NCBI GenBank assembly: GCA_032595685.2
Contig: CP159373.1
Coordinates: 4,045,821-4,069,820 of the forward strand
DNA: 24,000 nt
Reading direction: 5' to 3'
From: Candidatus Electrothrix aestuarii
Lineage (GTDB): Bacteria; Desulfobacterota; Desulfobulbia; Desulfobulbales; Desulfobulbaceae
Positions 15,222 to 23,026 of this stretch are shown piece after piece. The notes below the pieces were generated by a model. The model was not told where the DNA came from. It did no database searches and worked only from the letters and a program-made list of their open reading frames with translations. The translations under genes were made by a program, and so were the position numbers. Numbering within the stretch: position 1 is the stretch's first letter; each line of letters starts with the position of its first letter.

Positions 15222-15351
15222 CAAGCAGGTCGGTATCGTTTTTTCAGTTTCTGTATTCCACCAACCCTGCTATTCTGCTACTCCGCGAAAGGAGAAATGT
15301 TTTTCGTCCTTTCTATCGTAAGGGTGTATTTTTCAGAGGAGACATCTCAGC

Positions 15352-16833
15352 ATGATAAAGAAAGAAGGGGATTGTTTTGTTGTAAAACTGAATCCTATTC
15401 AATATATAAAGTATTATCCGCAGTGGCCAATTTGTCTGGGGATGTTATTTCTTGTTTCAACTCTTTCCGTTGTTATGAGGTCTTGGTATTACTTGCCCTT
15501 GCCGATTATTGTAGCCTTTGTTTTGCGTGCGTACTGGAGGTATATCGCATCATTCTGTTGTGATGGAGAAGTATGTTCAGGACAGGTAATCTCCGGTAGC
15601 CCGCTTCGTATTGCTGTATTTACCGATCTTTCGGTGTATGGTGATCCATACCCGGTTATAAAGGTGATAACGCCTCCTGCAATAAAGCAATTGAATACGT
15701 TTTTGGAACCGGGAAAGAGGTTGCCCTTGCTTTCCTTGTATGAAGGAGAAGATGACGAAGGGCGATGCTGGAGGGATTTTGTTCCCAAGCCTATTCAGTG
15801 CTTTACTTCCGACAGAACATTGGTCAGTGACGTTGAAAAAGAGATTAGTGCTGAACTGTGGGAAGACCTAGAGAACGGCTTGACATGCCTTTCCGGAAAA
15901 ATAGTTAAAAACGGCCTATATCCTCTGATTGGTGAGGATGGATTTTGCCAGAAGTCCGGCAGAGACAATTTTCCCATTTTTTTTGTAGAAAAGAATGAGA
16001 AGAAATCTTTGCCAGCAAAAATTTGGTCTGTTGTGGTCCTGTTAACTGAAATTATATCGATATTATTATTGCTTGCCGCCTATGTTGGCACTCCGATATA
16101 TTTTAGAATGACCCATACAATCAGTCCTGTCCTGCCATTGGAAAAGCTACATCCCGATACCGGAGACCTGCCTGTTAATATTGAAATTCCGTTTAACCTG
16201 TTTGAGAAGAAACTTTATAAAGCACAGTTTGAAACAGTGGGCTGCTTTGCTGATTTCAGTAATAATGCTTTTACAATATATGTTATGACATTTATGCATA
16301 ACTCAGGAAGAGTCTTAGGTGTTATTTATGCATCGTACTTTCCCTATCATACAAAGAAAAAATTGGAATCGGTCCAGATGGAGTTTATATCACTGCTGCC
16401 GGGAGAAGCTGTGGTAACAACAACTAATAGTTCGGATTCTGAGTACTTCGGAAAACTTGATAAGTTCACCTATTATATTCTTCCAGGCAAGGAGAACCCT
16501 AAAGAACTTTTTGAAATACATAATACGCTGATGGAGATAAACCATCATGACAGAGCAGTGCCGTTACCAGCGAAAGATGAATTAATTCGTACCTTTAGTT
16601 GGTTGCATGCAAAGAAACTTCAAGAGTTTGAAAGAGAAGGTACTTTGTTTTTTGATGCTGATGAGAATGTATACCGGCCGACTTTGCTAGGGGCTTTCTC
16701 AATGGTTTGGCAAGAGCTTTTTCCAGGAAATTATTTTCGGAGAAAGAAGATAGAGGGAGGTTCTGCTGAAATATTGAAAGAGATTGACCTGTACCAAGGT
16801 GTAATCTCCGATGAAGGAGTGGGGAAGTTATAG
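15352..16833 (+). CDS. AT-rich membrane protein of unknown function (493 aa)
   Basis: Two N-terminal TM helices (WPICLGMLFLVSTLSVV / LPLPIIVAFVLRAYW), then a soluble domain, a third TM helix (IWSVVVLLTEIISILLLLAAYV) and a ~230-aa C-terminal domain. AGGAGA lies 9 nt before the ATG. The N-terminal module may resemble DUF3239, but that recollection is weak. Confidence 0.55.
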   Translation: MIKKEGDCFVVKLNPIQYIKYYPQWPICLGMLFLVSTLSVVMRSWYYLPLPIIVAFVLRAYWRYIASFCCDGEVCSGQVISGSPLRIAVFTDLSVYGDPYPVIKVITPPAIKQLNTFLEPGKRLPLLSLYEGEDDEGRCWRDFVPKPIQCFTSDRTLVSDVEKEISAELWEDLENGLTCLSGKIVKNGLYPLIGEDGFCQKSGRDNFPIFFVEKNEKKSLPAKIWSVVVLLTEIISILLLLAAYVGTPIYFRMTHTISPVLPLEKLHPDTGDLPVNIEIPFNLFEKKLYKAQFETVGCFADFSNNAFTIYVMTFMHNSGRVLGVIYASYFPYHTKKKLESVQMEFISLLPGEAVVTTTNSSDSEYFGKLDKFTYYILPGKENPKELFEIHNTLMEINHHDRAVPLPAKDELIRTFSWLHAKKLQEFEREGTLFFDADENVYRPTLLGAFSMVWQELFPGNYFRRKKIEGGSAEILKEIDLYQGVISDEGVGKL

Positions 16834-16971
16834 TTCCTGCATAATGTCTGAAGGTTTTCCATTTCCATATTATATTGTCCCTGCTATGATAATCCGCTCT
16901 TCTGTATATTCTGAATCAAGCGGGAAAATATTTTGTGTTCTTCATAGGAGAGGGCTCAGCGTAACTGGACT

Positions 16972-18693
16972 ATGCCTCCCATCATCACCTTTATAGGTTG
17001 GCACGACTCCGGCAAAACCACCTTGGCTGCCCAGGTTGTCCGACTCCTGAAAGAACGCGGCTATACTGTAGCTGTGATTAAATCCACCAAGGACACCGGG
17101 GTACTACCGAACCAGGACGGGACAGATACCGGCGCCTACAGTCAGGCAGGGGCTGACGCTGTCACCTTGGTCGCACCGGATCAGCTGGTGATGATGGCAC
17201 CCCAGCCGGAAAAGAACCTTCCTGCCCTGGCCCGGCGTTTTTTCGCTGATATGGATCTGGTTATCGGCGAAGGTTTTAAAGAGGCAGACAAGGTTGGTAA
17301 GATTGAGGTCTTTCGGGGGGAAGGCACCCGACTGACTGAGCAGGTGAGTGGAGTTCTTGCCGTGGCAACGGATCAGGATCTTGCTGATCCTCTGGTTTTT
17401 GCCCTTAATCAACCGGAAAAGATAGCAGATTTCCTGGAAAAAGAGTATATCCGAGTTCCCTCTGCGCATAATCGCAAGGTCCATTTGATCAAAACAAGAC
17501 AAGGTAAAGCTATGAATAGTATGCAATCATTCACCGTGACCCAGCCCACCCGTTTGCAATTCGGTGCTGGCACGGTTAAAGATCTGGGTAAGACCGTTAA
17601 AGATTTCAATGGCAGCAAGGTCCTCCTCGTGGTAGATCCCGGCCTGGTCAAAGCAGGTTTGCTGGAGCGTTTTACGGTCCCCTTGGAGCAGGAAGAGATT
17701 CCCTTTGTGGTCTATGATCAGATTGATCCAGAACCGGGCCTGAAGCTGGCTGATAAGGGTTGTGCCATTGCCCAGGAGGCTGGTTGCGATTGCGTGGTGG
17801 GTGCTGGCGGTGGTTCTGCAATGGATGTGGCCAAAGCTGTGTCCATCCTGCTCACCAACGGTGGCAAGGCGGTAGATTACCTTGGGCTTGGCTTGATCAA
17901 AAAGCCAGGTGTACCCAAGATCATGGTGCCTACCTCTGCCGGTACCGGCGCGGAGGTGACCTTTACTGCTGTGTTCATCAATGAGGAGACCGGCTCCAAG
18001 GGCGGTATGAACGGCGATCCCCTGTATCCGGATGCAGCTATTCTTGACCCGGAACTGACCCTCAGCCTACCTGCCAAGGTCACCGCTTACACCGGCATTG
18101 ATGCCTTGACCCATGCCCTGGAGGCCTATACCTCCACCCAGGCCCATGTGGTCTCGGAGATGTATTCTCTGGAGGCTATTGAACTGATTGCCCGCAACCT
18201 GCCTGCGGCCTGCGCCAATGGTGGTAATCTTGAGGCCCGTGCAGCTATGCTCATGGGCTCGCTGCTGGGCGGCAAGGCCTTGGCTACAGCCGGTGTCGGT
18301 CTGGTCCATGCGATGGCCTATCCTATGGGCGGTATGTTTGGCGTTCCGCACGGACTGGCCAATGCCGTGCTCCTGCCCTATGTGGTGCAGTACAATCTGC
18401 CGGGTAATTATGAGAAATTCGCTCTGCTCGCAGAGGTCCTGGGCCAGAATACGGACGGGCTTTCCCGGCGTGATGCCGCCTCTCTCTGTGTTGAGGCTCT
18501 CTATGACTTGAATGCAGATGTGGGTATTCCTGCAACCCTTAAGGATCTGGACATCCCCTTTGATCAGATTCCCAAGATGGCGGAGATTGCCCTGACCGTG
18601 ACTCGTCCGGTGGAAAATAATCCTCGTCAGCCTTCTCTTGCCGATGTCATTGCCGTGTATGAGCGCGCCTATCGGCATGAGATTGTGTTGTAA
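16972..18693 (+). CDS. In-frame MobB-like P-loop domain (aa 1 to about 170) fused to, or read through into, an iron-containing alcohol dehydrogenase (aa about 181-573)
   Basis: MobB: FIGWHDSGKTTLAAQVVRLLKERGYTVAVIKS (Walker A) ...DLVIGEGFK. Fe-ADH: GAGGGSAMDVAKAV, PTSAGTGAEVT, TGIDALTHALEAY, LVHAMAYPMGGMFGVPHGLANAVLLPYV. No stop codon separates the two parts. An internal ATG at 17512 with AAGG 7 nt upstream could initiate a separate ADH. Confidence 0.8.
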   Translation: MPPIITFIGWHDSGKTTLAAQVVRLLKERGYTVAVIKSTKDTGVLPNQDGTDTGAYSQAGADAVTLVAPDQLVMMAPQPEKNLPALARRFFADMDLVIGEGFKEADKVGKIEVFRGEGTRLTEQVSGVLAVATDQDLADPLVFALNQPEKIADFLEKEYIRVPSAHNRKVHLIKTRQGKAMNSMQSFTVTQPTRLQFGAGTVKDLGKTVKDFNGSKVLLVVDPGLVKAGLLERFTVPLEQEEIPFVVYDQIDPEPGLKLADKGCAIAQEAGCDCVVGAGGGSAMDVAKAVSILLTNGGKAVDYLGLGLIKKPGVPKIMVPTSAGTGAEVTFTAVFINEETGSKGGMNGDPLYPDAAILDPELTLSLPAKVTAYTGIDALTHALEAYTSTQAHVVSEMYSLEAIELIARNLPAACANGGNLEARAAMLMGSLLGGKALATAGVGLVHAMAYPMGGMFGVPHGLANAVLLPYVVQYNLPGNYEKFALLAEVLGQNTDGLSRRDAASLCVEALYDLNADVGIPATLKDLDIPFDQIPKMAEIALTVTRPVENNPRQPSLADVIAVYERAYRHEIVL

Positions 18694-18708
18694 GATCGTG
18701 CGTTAATG

Positions 18709-18788
18709 CGTAGGGGCGAACCCCTGTGTTCGCCCTGATGAACTGCATGGTGTACCATTGGGCAGACACAGGGACCTGCCCTCCCTGT
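18709..18788. repeat. REP-like pair (same family as 5652-5713)
   Basis: cGTAGGGGCGAACCCCTGTGTTCGCCCt at 18709-18736 is identical to 5652-5679. A degenerate inverted partner hairpin, GGGCAGacacagggaCCTGCCC, lies at 18760-18783. Confidence 0.6.
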
Positions 18789-18819
18789 ATGAGAATCGTC
18801 GGCTTTGTCCGGAGTTTTT

Positions 18820-19926
18820 ATGTTGTTACAACTTATTCTTGCGGTAAGTTTTGCTGTCTGTACATCAGCGTTTTGTAGTTTGCTGGAGGCGGTGCTTTAT
18901 TCTCTTTCCATGAGCCGGATTGAGCTGCTGGCGGAAACCCGTCCCAGGACTTCTGCTATTCTGAAAAAACTCAAGGAAAGCATAGATCAGCCGATTACCG
19001 CCATCTTAACCCTGAACACTATTGCTAATACGATGGGCGCTGCTGTGGCTGGTGCTGCTGCTGCATCGGTCTTTGGCGAGAACAACCTCATTTGGTTTTC
19101 TGTCTTCTTCACCTTAATCATTCTGCTGATTTCGGAGATTTTACCCAAGACCATCGGGGTGGAGTTCAATGGGCATCTGGCACCTTATATTGCCCGGCCT
19201 CTCCAAGCTATGGTCGTTGTCCTGCGCCCCATTATTCTGATTTGCCAGGCAGTTACTGATCTTATCCCGAAATCCTCCGGCTCTCAGGTCTCTGCTGATG
19301 AATTGACTGCTATTGCCCGTATGAGTCGAAAATCAGGTGAAATAGAGCGGGACCAGGAAAAGGTAATTACTAATATCATTAACCTGCGCAATAAAACAGT
19401 GCGCCAGGTCATGACGCCAAGGACAGTGACCTTTATCCTGAATAAGGACATCAGCGTGGCCCAGGCCGCCTTGCTCACCGATAAGTGGCGCAGCCATAGT
19501 CGGGTGCCAATTTACGGAAGTGATATTAATGAGGTGGTTGGCATTGTGCTCAGCTATGAGGTGATGCAGGCCGTTGCTGAAGGAAAAGTGGAGTGCAGAT
19601 TAGAGGAAATTATGCAGCCAATCCATTTCGTACCGGAAATTGCCCCGCTCAATAAGGTAATGCTGGAGTTCTTTGAAAAAAGCCAGCATCTTTTTGTGGT
19701 GGTGGATGAGTACGGCTCAATGACCGGGGTTATCAGTCTGGAAGATATCCTTGAAGAGATCATTGGTCGGGAGATTGTTGATGAATCTGACAGGACCCAG
19801 AACATGCGGGCACTGGCCCGTGCTGCCCGAAAAAAAATGACGAGACAGGCTCTGGGTGCTTTGAGCGAGCAGAACGAAAAAAAGGATAATCAAAGAGCTC
19901 ATTATAAAGAAGTGGGTAAGGAGTAA
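18820..19926 (+). CDS. DUF21 (CNNM) transmembrane domain plus CBS-pair protein (HlyC/CorC-type putative divalent-cation transporter)
   Basis: Four N-terminal TM helices with the DUF21 pattern (SALEAVLYSLS-type start, EILPKTIG). Then a CBS pair (VRQVMTPRTVTF...VPIYGSDINEVVGIV...HLFVVVDEYGSMTGVISLEDILEEIIG). No obvious CorC_HlyC C-terminal domain. ATG 18820 is preferred over the TTG at 18805. Confidence 0.8.
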   Translation: MLLQLILAVSFAVCTSAFCSLLEAVLYSLSMSRIELLAETRPRTSAILKKLKESIDQPITAILTLNTIANTMGAAVAGAAAASVFGENNLIWFSVFFTLIILLISEILPKTIGVEFNGHLAPYIARPLQAMVVVLRPIILICQAVTDLIPKSSGSQVSADELTAIARMSRKSGEIERDQEKVITNIINLRNKTVRQVMTPRTVTFILNKDISVAQAALLTDKWRSHSRVPIYGSDINEVVGIVLSYEVMQAVAEGKVECRLEEIMQPIHFVPEIAPLNKVMLEFFEKSQHLFVVVDEYGSMTGVISLEDILEEIIGREIVDESDRTQNMRALARAARKKMTRQALGALSEQNEKKDNQRAHYKEVGKE

Positions 19927-19941
19927 GCGGAGAAAGGTATT

Positions 19942-20430
19942 ATGGGAAATCCTCTTCAGGACCAGCTTCTTAAAGCAGGGCTGGTGACAAAAAAACAGGC
20001 GAGTAAGGTAAAGCAAGAGCAGTACACCCAGACTAAAAAGAAGAAGAAAGGTAAGGGTGGCCGAAAAATAATTACCAAGACTGAGATTGCTCGGGCTGCT
20101 GAGGTAGCACGAAATAAGGAGTTGAGCCGAAAACAGGCTGAAGAGCGCAAGCAACATGAGTTGCAGGCCCAGATTAAACAGCTTGTTCTACAGAATCGGC
20201 TGGAGCGGGATGAGAACGGGCAACCTTATCATTTTGCTCTGGGAACAAAGATTCATCGGATTTTTGTGGCAGAGGAAGTGATTGACCGTCTTTGTGAAGG
20301 CCGGTTAGGCATTGTTCAGCTGGGGAACAGCTTCGAGGTGGTGCCTGCCAAAGTGGTCCGCCAGGTGGCTGAGCGTGATCAGAATGCTGTGATTTCGCTG
20401 CGGGAACCGAGCGAGGAAGAAGACTGGTGA
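19942..20430 (+). CDS. yaiL: DUF2058 family protein (YaiL-like)
   Basis: N-terminus LQDQLLKAGLVTKKQASKV, a Lys/Glu-rich middle, a C-terminal ...RLGIVQLGNSFEVVPAKVVRQVAERDQNAVI and an acidic tail ending in W. All of this closely parallels E. coli YaiL as I remember it. Confidence 0.75.
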   Translation: MGNPLQDQLLKAGLVTKKQASKVKQEQYTQTKKKKKGKGGRKIITKTEIARAAEVARNKELSRKQAEERKQHELQAQIKQLVLQNRLERDENGQPYHFALGTKIHRIFVAEEVIDRLCEGRLGIVQLGNSFEVVPAKVVRQVAERDQNAVISLREPSEEEDW

Positions 20431-20481
20431 TAATCTGTTGATTTCATTTTGCACTGAGCGTTATACTACGGGTTATTTGAC

Positions 20482-20515
20482 AACCCCGTCCCTTGGGGCG
20501 GGGTTTCTTTGTTTT
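20482..20515 (+). terminator. Rho-independent terminator-like hairpin between yaiL and hisD
   Basis: 8-bp GC-rich stem CCCCGTCC (20484-20491) / GGGGCGGG (20496-20503) with a 4-nt loop, flanked by AA...TTT and followed by TTTCTTTGTTTT. Confidence 0.6.
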
Positions 20516-20539
20516 GTAAGGATTCAAGAGGAAAATTTT

Positions 20540-21844
20540 ATGACTATTCGTATTGAAAGCTATGCAACCGAGCAGGGAAAAAAGAGCATGGACGGGCTGC
20601 GGGACCGCTTTGCCCTTGCAGACAACAAATGTGCCCAGACGGTGAGCGATATCCTGGAGCAGGTGCGCAGCCGGGGCGATGAGGCTGTGTTGGAGTACAC
20701 CCGCCGTTTTGATGCCCCGGAGCTGAATCTGGACGCCTTCAAGGTGAGTGAGGAGGAATTTGCTGAGGCAGCCGAGGCAGTTGATGAGGACTTCATGGCA
20801 ACCCTGAGTTTTGCTGCCGAGCGGATTCGTCTGTTTCATGAACGGGAGATGGAAGAGTCCTGGATGCTGACCCGCGATGACGGCACCATTACCGGGCGCC
20901 TGGTTCGTCCGGTGGATTCAGCAGGTCTTTATGTGCCGGGCGGGCAGGGCGGTTCTACCCCCCTGGTCTCCTCGGTGCTGATGAATGCCATTCCTGCCGG
21001 TATTGCCGGGGTGCAGCAACGGGTCATGATGACCCCGCCCAATAAAGAGGGCAAGATTGCTCCGGCCCTGCTCATGGCGGCTAAGGAAGTGGGGATTACC
21101 GAGGTCTATAAGGCTGGATCAGCCTGGGCCATTGCAGCCTTGGCCTTTGGGACCGAATCCGTTCCTGCGGTGGATGTCATTGTTGGGCCGGGCAACCAGT
21201 TTGTCACCGAGGCAAAACGGCAGGTTATGGGGCGGGTGCGTATTGATATGATTGCCGGTCCCAGTGAAGTCCTGATTGTTGCTGATCATGCCGCCAACCC
21301 GGCCTATATTGCTGCGGATATGCTGGCCCAGGCCGAGCATGATCCTGTGGCCCTGGCCTTGCTCCTGACCACGGAGACATCTGTTGCTGAAGCCGTGAAG
21401 GGCGAGCTGGAAAAACAGCTGCCCAACCTGACCCGCGAGGATATTGCCCGCACCTCCTTACAGCAGCGGGGACTGATCCTGGTGGTGGAGAATGTGGAGC
21501 AGGGGATCGACTTGGCGAATGAGATTGCCATTGAGCATCTGGAGCTTCAGGTGGAAGAGCCCTGGCAGTGGTTGCCCATGATTAAGCATGCTGGCGCGAT
21601 CTTTCTGGGTGCGCACACCCCGGAGGCAGCTGGTGATTACGTGGCTGGTCCCAATCATGTCCTGCCCACTATGGGCACGGCCCGCATTTCTTCTGCTCTT
21701 GGGGTAGAGACCTTTCTCAAGAAGAGTTCGATTATCTCCTATTCCCGTCAGGCGTTACTCAACGATGCTGATCATATCCAGCGGCTGGCCAAGCTGGAAG
21801 GGCTCAGTGCCCATGCCAATTCTGTGGCAGTGCGGGTGAAGTAG
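20540..21844 (+). CDS. hisD: Histidinol dehydrogenase
   Basis: Conserved HisD blocks (LYVPGGQGGSTPLVSSVLMNAIPA; IVGPGNQFVTEAKRQV; IDMIAGPSEVLIVAD; AQAEHD; IAIEHLEL; AGAIFLG; GDYVAGPNHVLPT). AAGAGG RBS lies 8 nt before ATG 20540. The ORF-track start at 20438 would translate the terminator. Confidence 0.92.
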   Translation: MTIRIESYATEQGKKSMDGLRDRFALADNKCAQTVSDILEQVRSRGDEAVLEYTRRFDAPELNLDAFKVSEEEFAEAAEAVDEDFMATLSFAAERIRLFHEREMEESWMLTRDDGTITGRLVRPVDSAGLYVPGGQGGSTPLVSSVLMNAIPAGIAGVQQRVMMTPPNKEGKIAPALLMAAKEVGITEVYKAGSAWAIAALAFGTESVPAVDVIVGPGNQFVTEAKRQVMGRVRIDMIAGPSEVLIVADHAANPAYIAADMLAQAEHDPVALALLLTTETSVAEAVKGELEKQLPNLTREDIARTSLQQRGLILVVENVEQGIDLANEIAIEHLELQVEEPWQWLPMIKHAGAIFLGAHTPEAAGDYVAGPNHVLPTMGTARISSALGVETFLKKSSIISYSRQALLNDADHIQRLAKLEGLSAHANSVAVRVK

Positions 21845-21935
21845 CGCGAAGTCGGAGGGTGGTGTTGGTCTGGGGGGGGGATCCCAGGCTGGCTCAATAG
21901 AGCCCTTTCAGGGCAGAAGGGAAAACCGGGAGATG

Positions 21936-21967
21936 GTAGGGCGCACGGCGTGCCGTGCCCGTCTTTT
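21936..21967 (+). repeat. REP-like unit that doubles as a terminator-like hairpin after hisD
   Basis: GTAGGGCGCACGGCgtGCCGTGCCC followed by GTCTTTT. Related to the 3062 unit (GTAGGGGCACGGCGCGCCGTGCCC). Confidence 0.5.
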
Positions 21968-22034
21968 CCCGGAGTGTTATTCCGGGCTGATGATAGCCTG
22001 AAGGGATTCTATATCAAGCTAACAGGAGGGGTAG

Positions 22035-22291
22035 ATGAAAGCGGAGACAGTACAAGAGGGAGTAAGTCTTCAGGACTACCTAATCGGAGAGCAGCAGACC
22101 GAAATCCGCCATGAATACATCAACGGCACACCCATGCTATGGGTGGGGCAAGTGCGGCTCACAACCTGATTGCTGGCAATGTCTTTGCCGTTCTTCATGC
22201 AGCAGTCCGCAACCCGCCCTGTCAGGTCTTTATGGCAGATATGAAGGTGTATCTCAAGATCGCGGATGAGGATGTTTTTTATTATCCAGAT
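22035..22291 (+). pseudogene. Uma2-family (DUF820) endonuclease gene, frameshifted and 3'-truncated
   Basis: AGGAGG RBS, then MKAETVQEGVSLQDYLIGEQQTEIRHEYINGTPML, which runs to an in-frame stop. The family-typical continuation MGGASAAHNLIAGNVFAVLHAAV...CQVFMADMKVYL...DVFYYPD lies in another frame (shift near 22135). It ends abruptly at the IS66-type end at 22292. Confidence 0.7.
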
Positions 22292-23026
22292 TGTAACCGT
22301 TCAGACCCCTCTCATTTTTTACGCAGCAAGAGGCAGAGGAGGTACATCCAGCCCCTGACGCCGAGCCGTGATAACCTCGGCGAGATATTTCCACGGACAG
22401 GCGTTGCGCTTCCTACACGTATCAATCACGCTCGCAAGTATGGCGAACACATGACTACCTTGACCATTACGGGTACCGTGGCTTAATTTGCGCGCAATAA
22501 CCCAATGACGTAACGCTTGCTCCGCCTCATTATTGGTCAGGGGCCACGTCGGATTCGACAACACATGAAAAATCGTGTCCCAGTCGTTGAGAAATTCTCT
22601 GGCCAGCTCGCGTGTTTTTTTATGCGTTGAATCCCGATATTTCATGCAGCATTGCTTAAATTCGGCCAGGAATTCTCTGTATATTGGCAAAAGATCCGAG
22701 GGAGGCCCCTCGCGAGCCTTGTAAATTACATCCATCAACTCGGTGAGCACCGCATGGGCCTCGGTGCCGAATGTGCGGGGATCATCGCTCAGGCTCTGTT
22801 TCAAACCTTTTGTCTTGCGCAGTAAATGCGCCCAGCAGCGGAGCCTGTTGAGGAACTTACGATAGGCCTTGTAGCCGTCGCTCATCAGCACCCCCTTAAA
22901 GGTTTGGCCGAGCACATAATCAAGTACTTTTTGGCTGCGAAGGCCAATGATGTAAAAGGTGACTTTCAGCGAGGTAAAGACCCATAACCATCGTTTTTCG
23001 GCCCACTCCTTCCAGGACAGCAATTA
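22292..23026 (-). mobile_element. IS66-family insertion sequence remnant (3' part only)
   Basis: The terminal sequence TGTAACCGTTCAG at 22292 resembles the IS66 GTAAGCG-type inverted repeat. It contains the C-terminal two-thirds of an IS66 DDE transposase. The upstream part is replaced by another element from about 23027. Confidence 0.7.
22319..23023 (-). pseudogene. 5'-truncated IS66-family transposase
   Basis: KRWLWVFTS...GVLMSDGYKAYRKF...RLRCWAHLLRK...NNEAEQALRHWVIARKLSHGTRNGQG matches the IS66 DDE domain pattern. The N-terminal ~250-300 aa, including the first catalytic Asp region, are missing, and an in-frame stop lies immediately upstream. Confidence 0.75.

Noticed and set aside
15167-15351. 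T-box or other leader riboswitch upstream of trpS (- strand)
   Set aside because: The candidate promoter leaves only a ~20-50-nt leader. I found no T-box consensus (AANNNGGGTGGTACCGCG-like), no specifier hairpin and no terminator/antiterminator pair.
18067-18678. 203-aa - strand ORF and several shorter ORFs inside the alcohol dehydrogenase region
   Set aside because: They are antisense to, or out of frame with, a gene carrying clear Fe-ADH motifs. Their sequences are low-complexity and His/Gly/Arg-rich.
20438-20539. 34-codon N-terminal extension of hisD
   Set aside because: It would translate through the terminator hairpin. A canonical RBS and ATG at 20540 give an N-terminus typical of HisD.
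22139-22486. 115-aa + strand ORF (MGGASAAHNLIAGN...)
   Set aside because: It is chimeric. The first ~50 codons are the frameshifted continuation of the Uma2 pseudogene, and the rest reads across the IS66 end and antisense into the IS66 transposase. It is not an intact gene.
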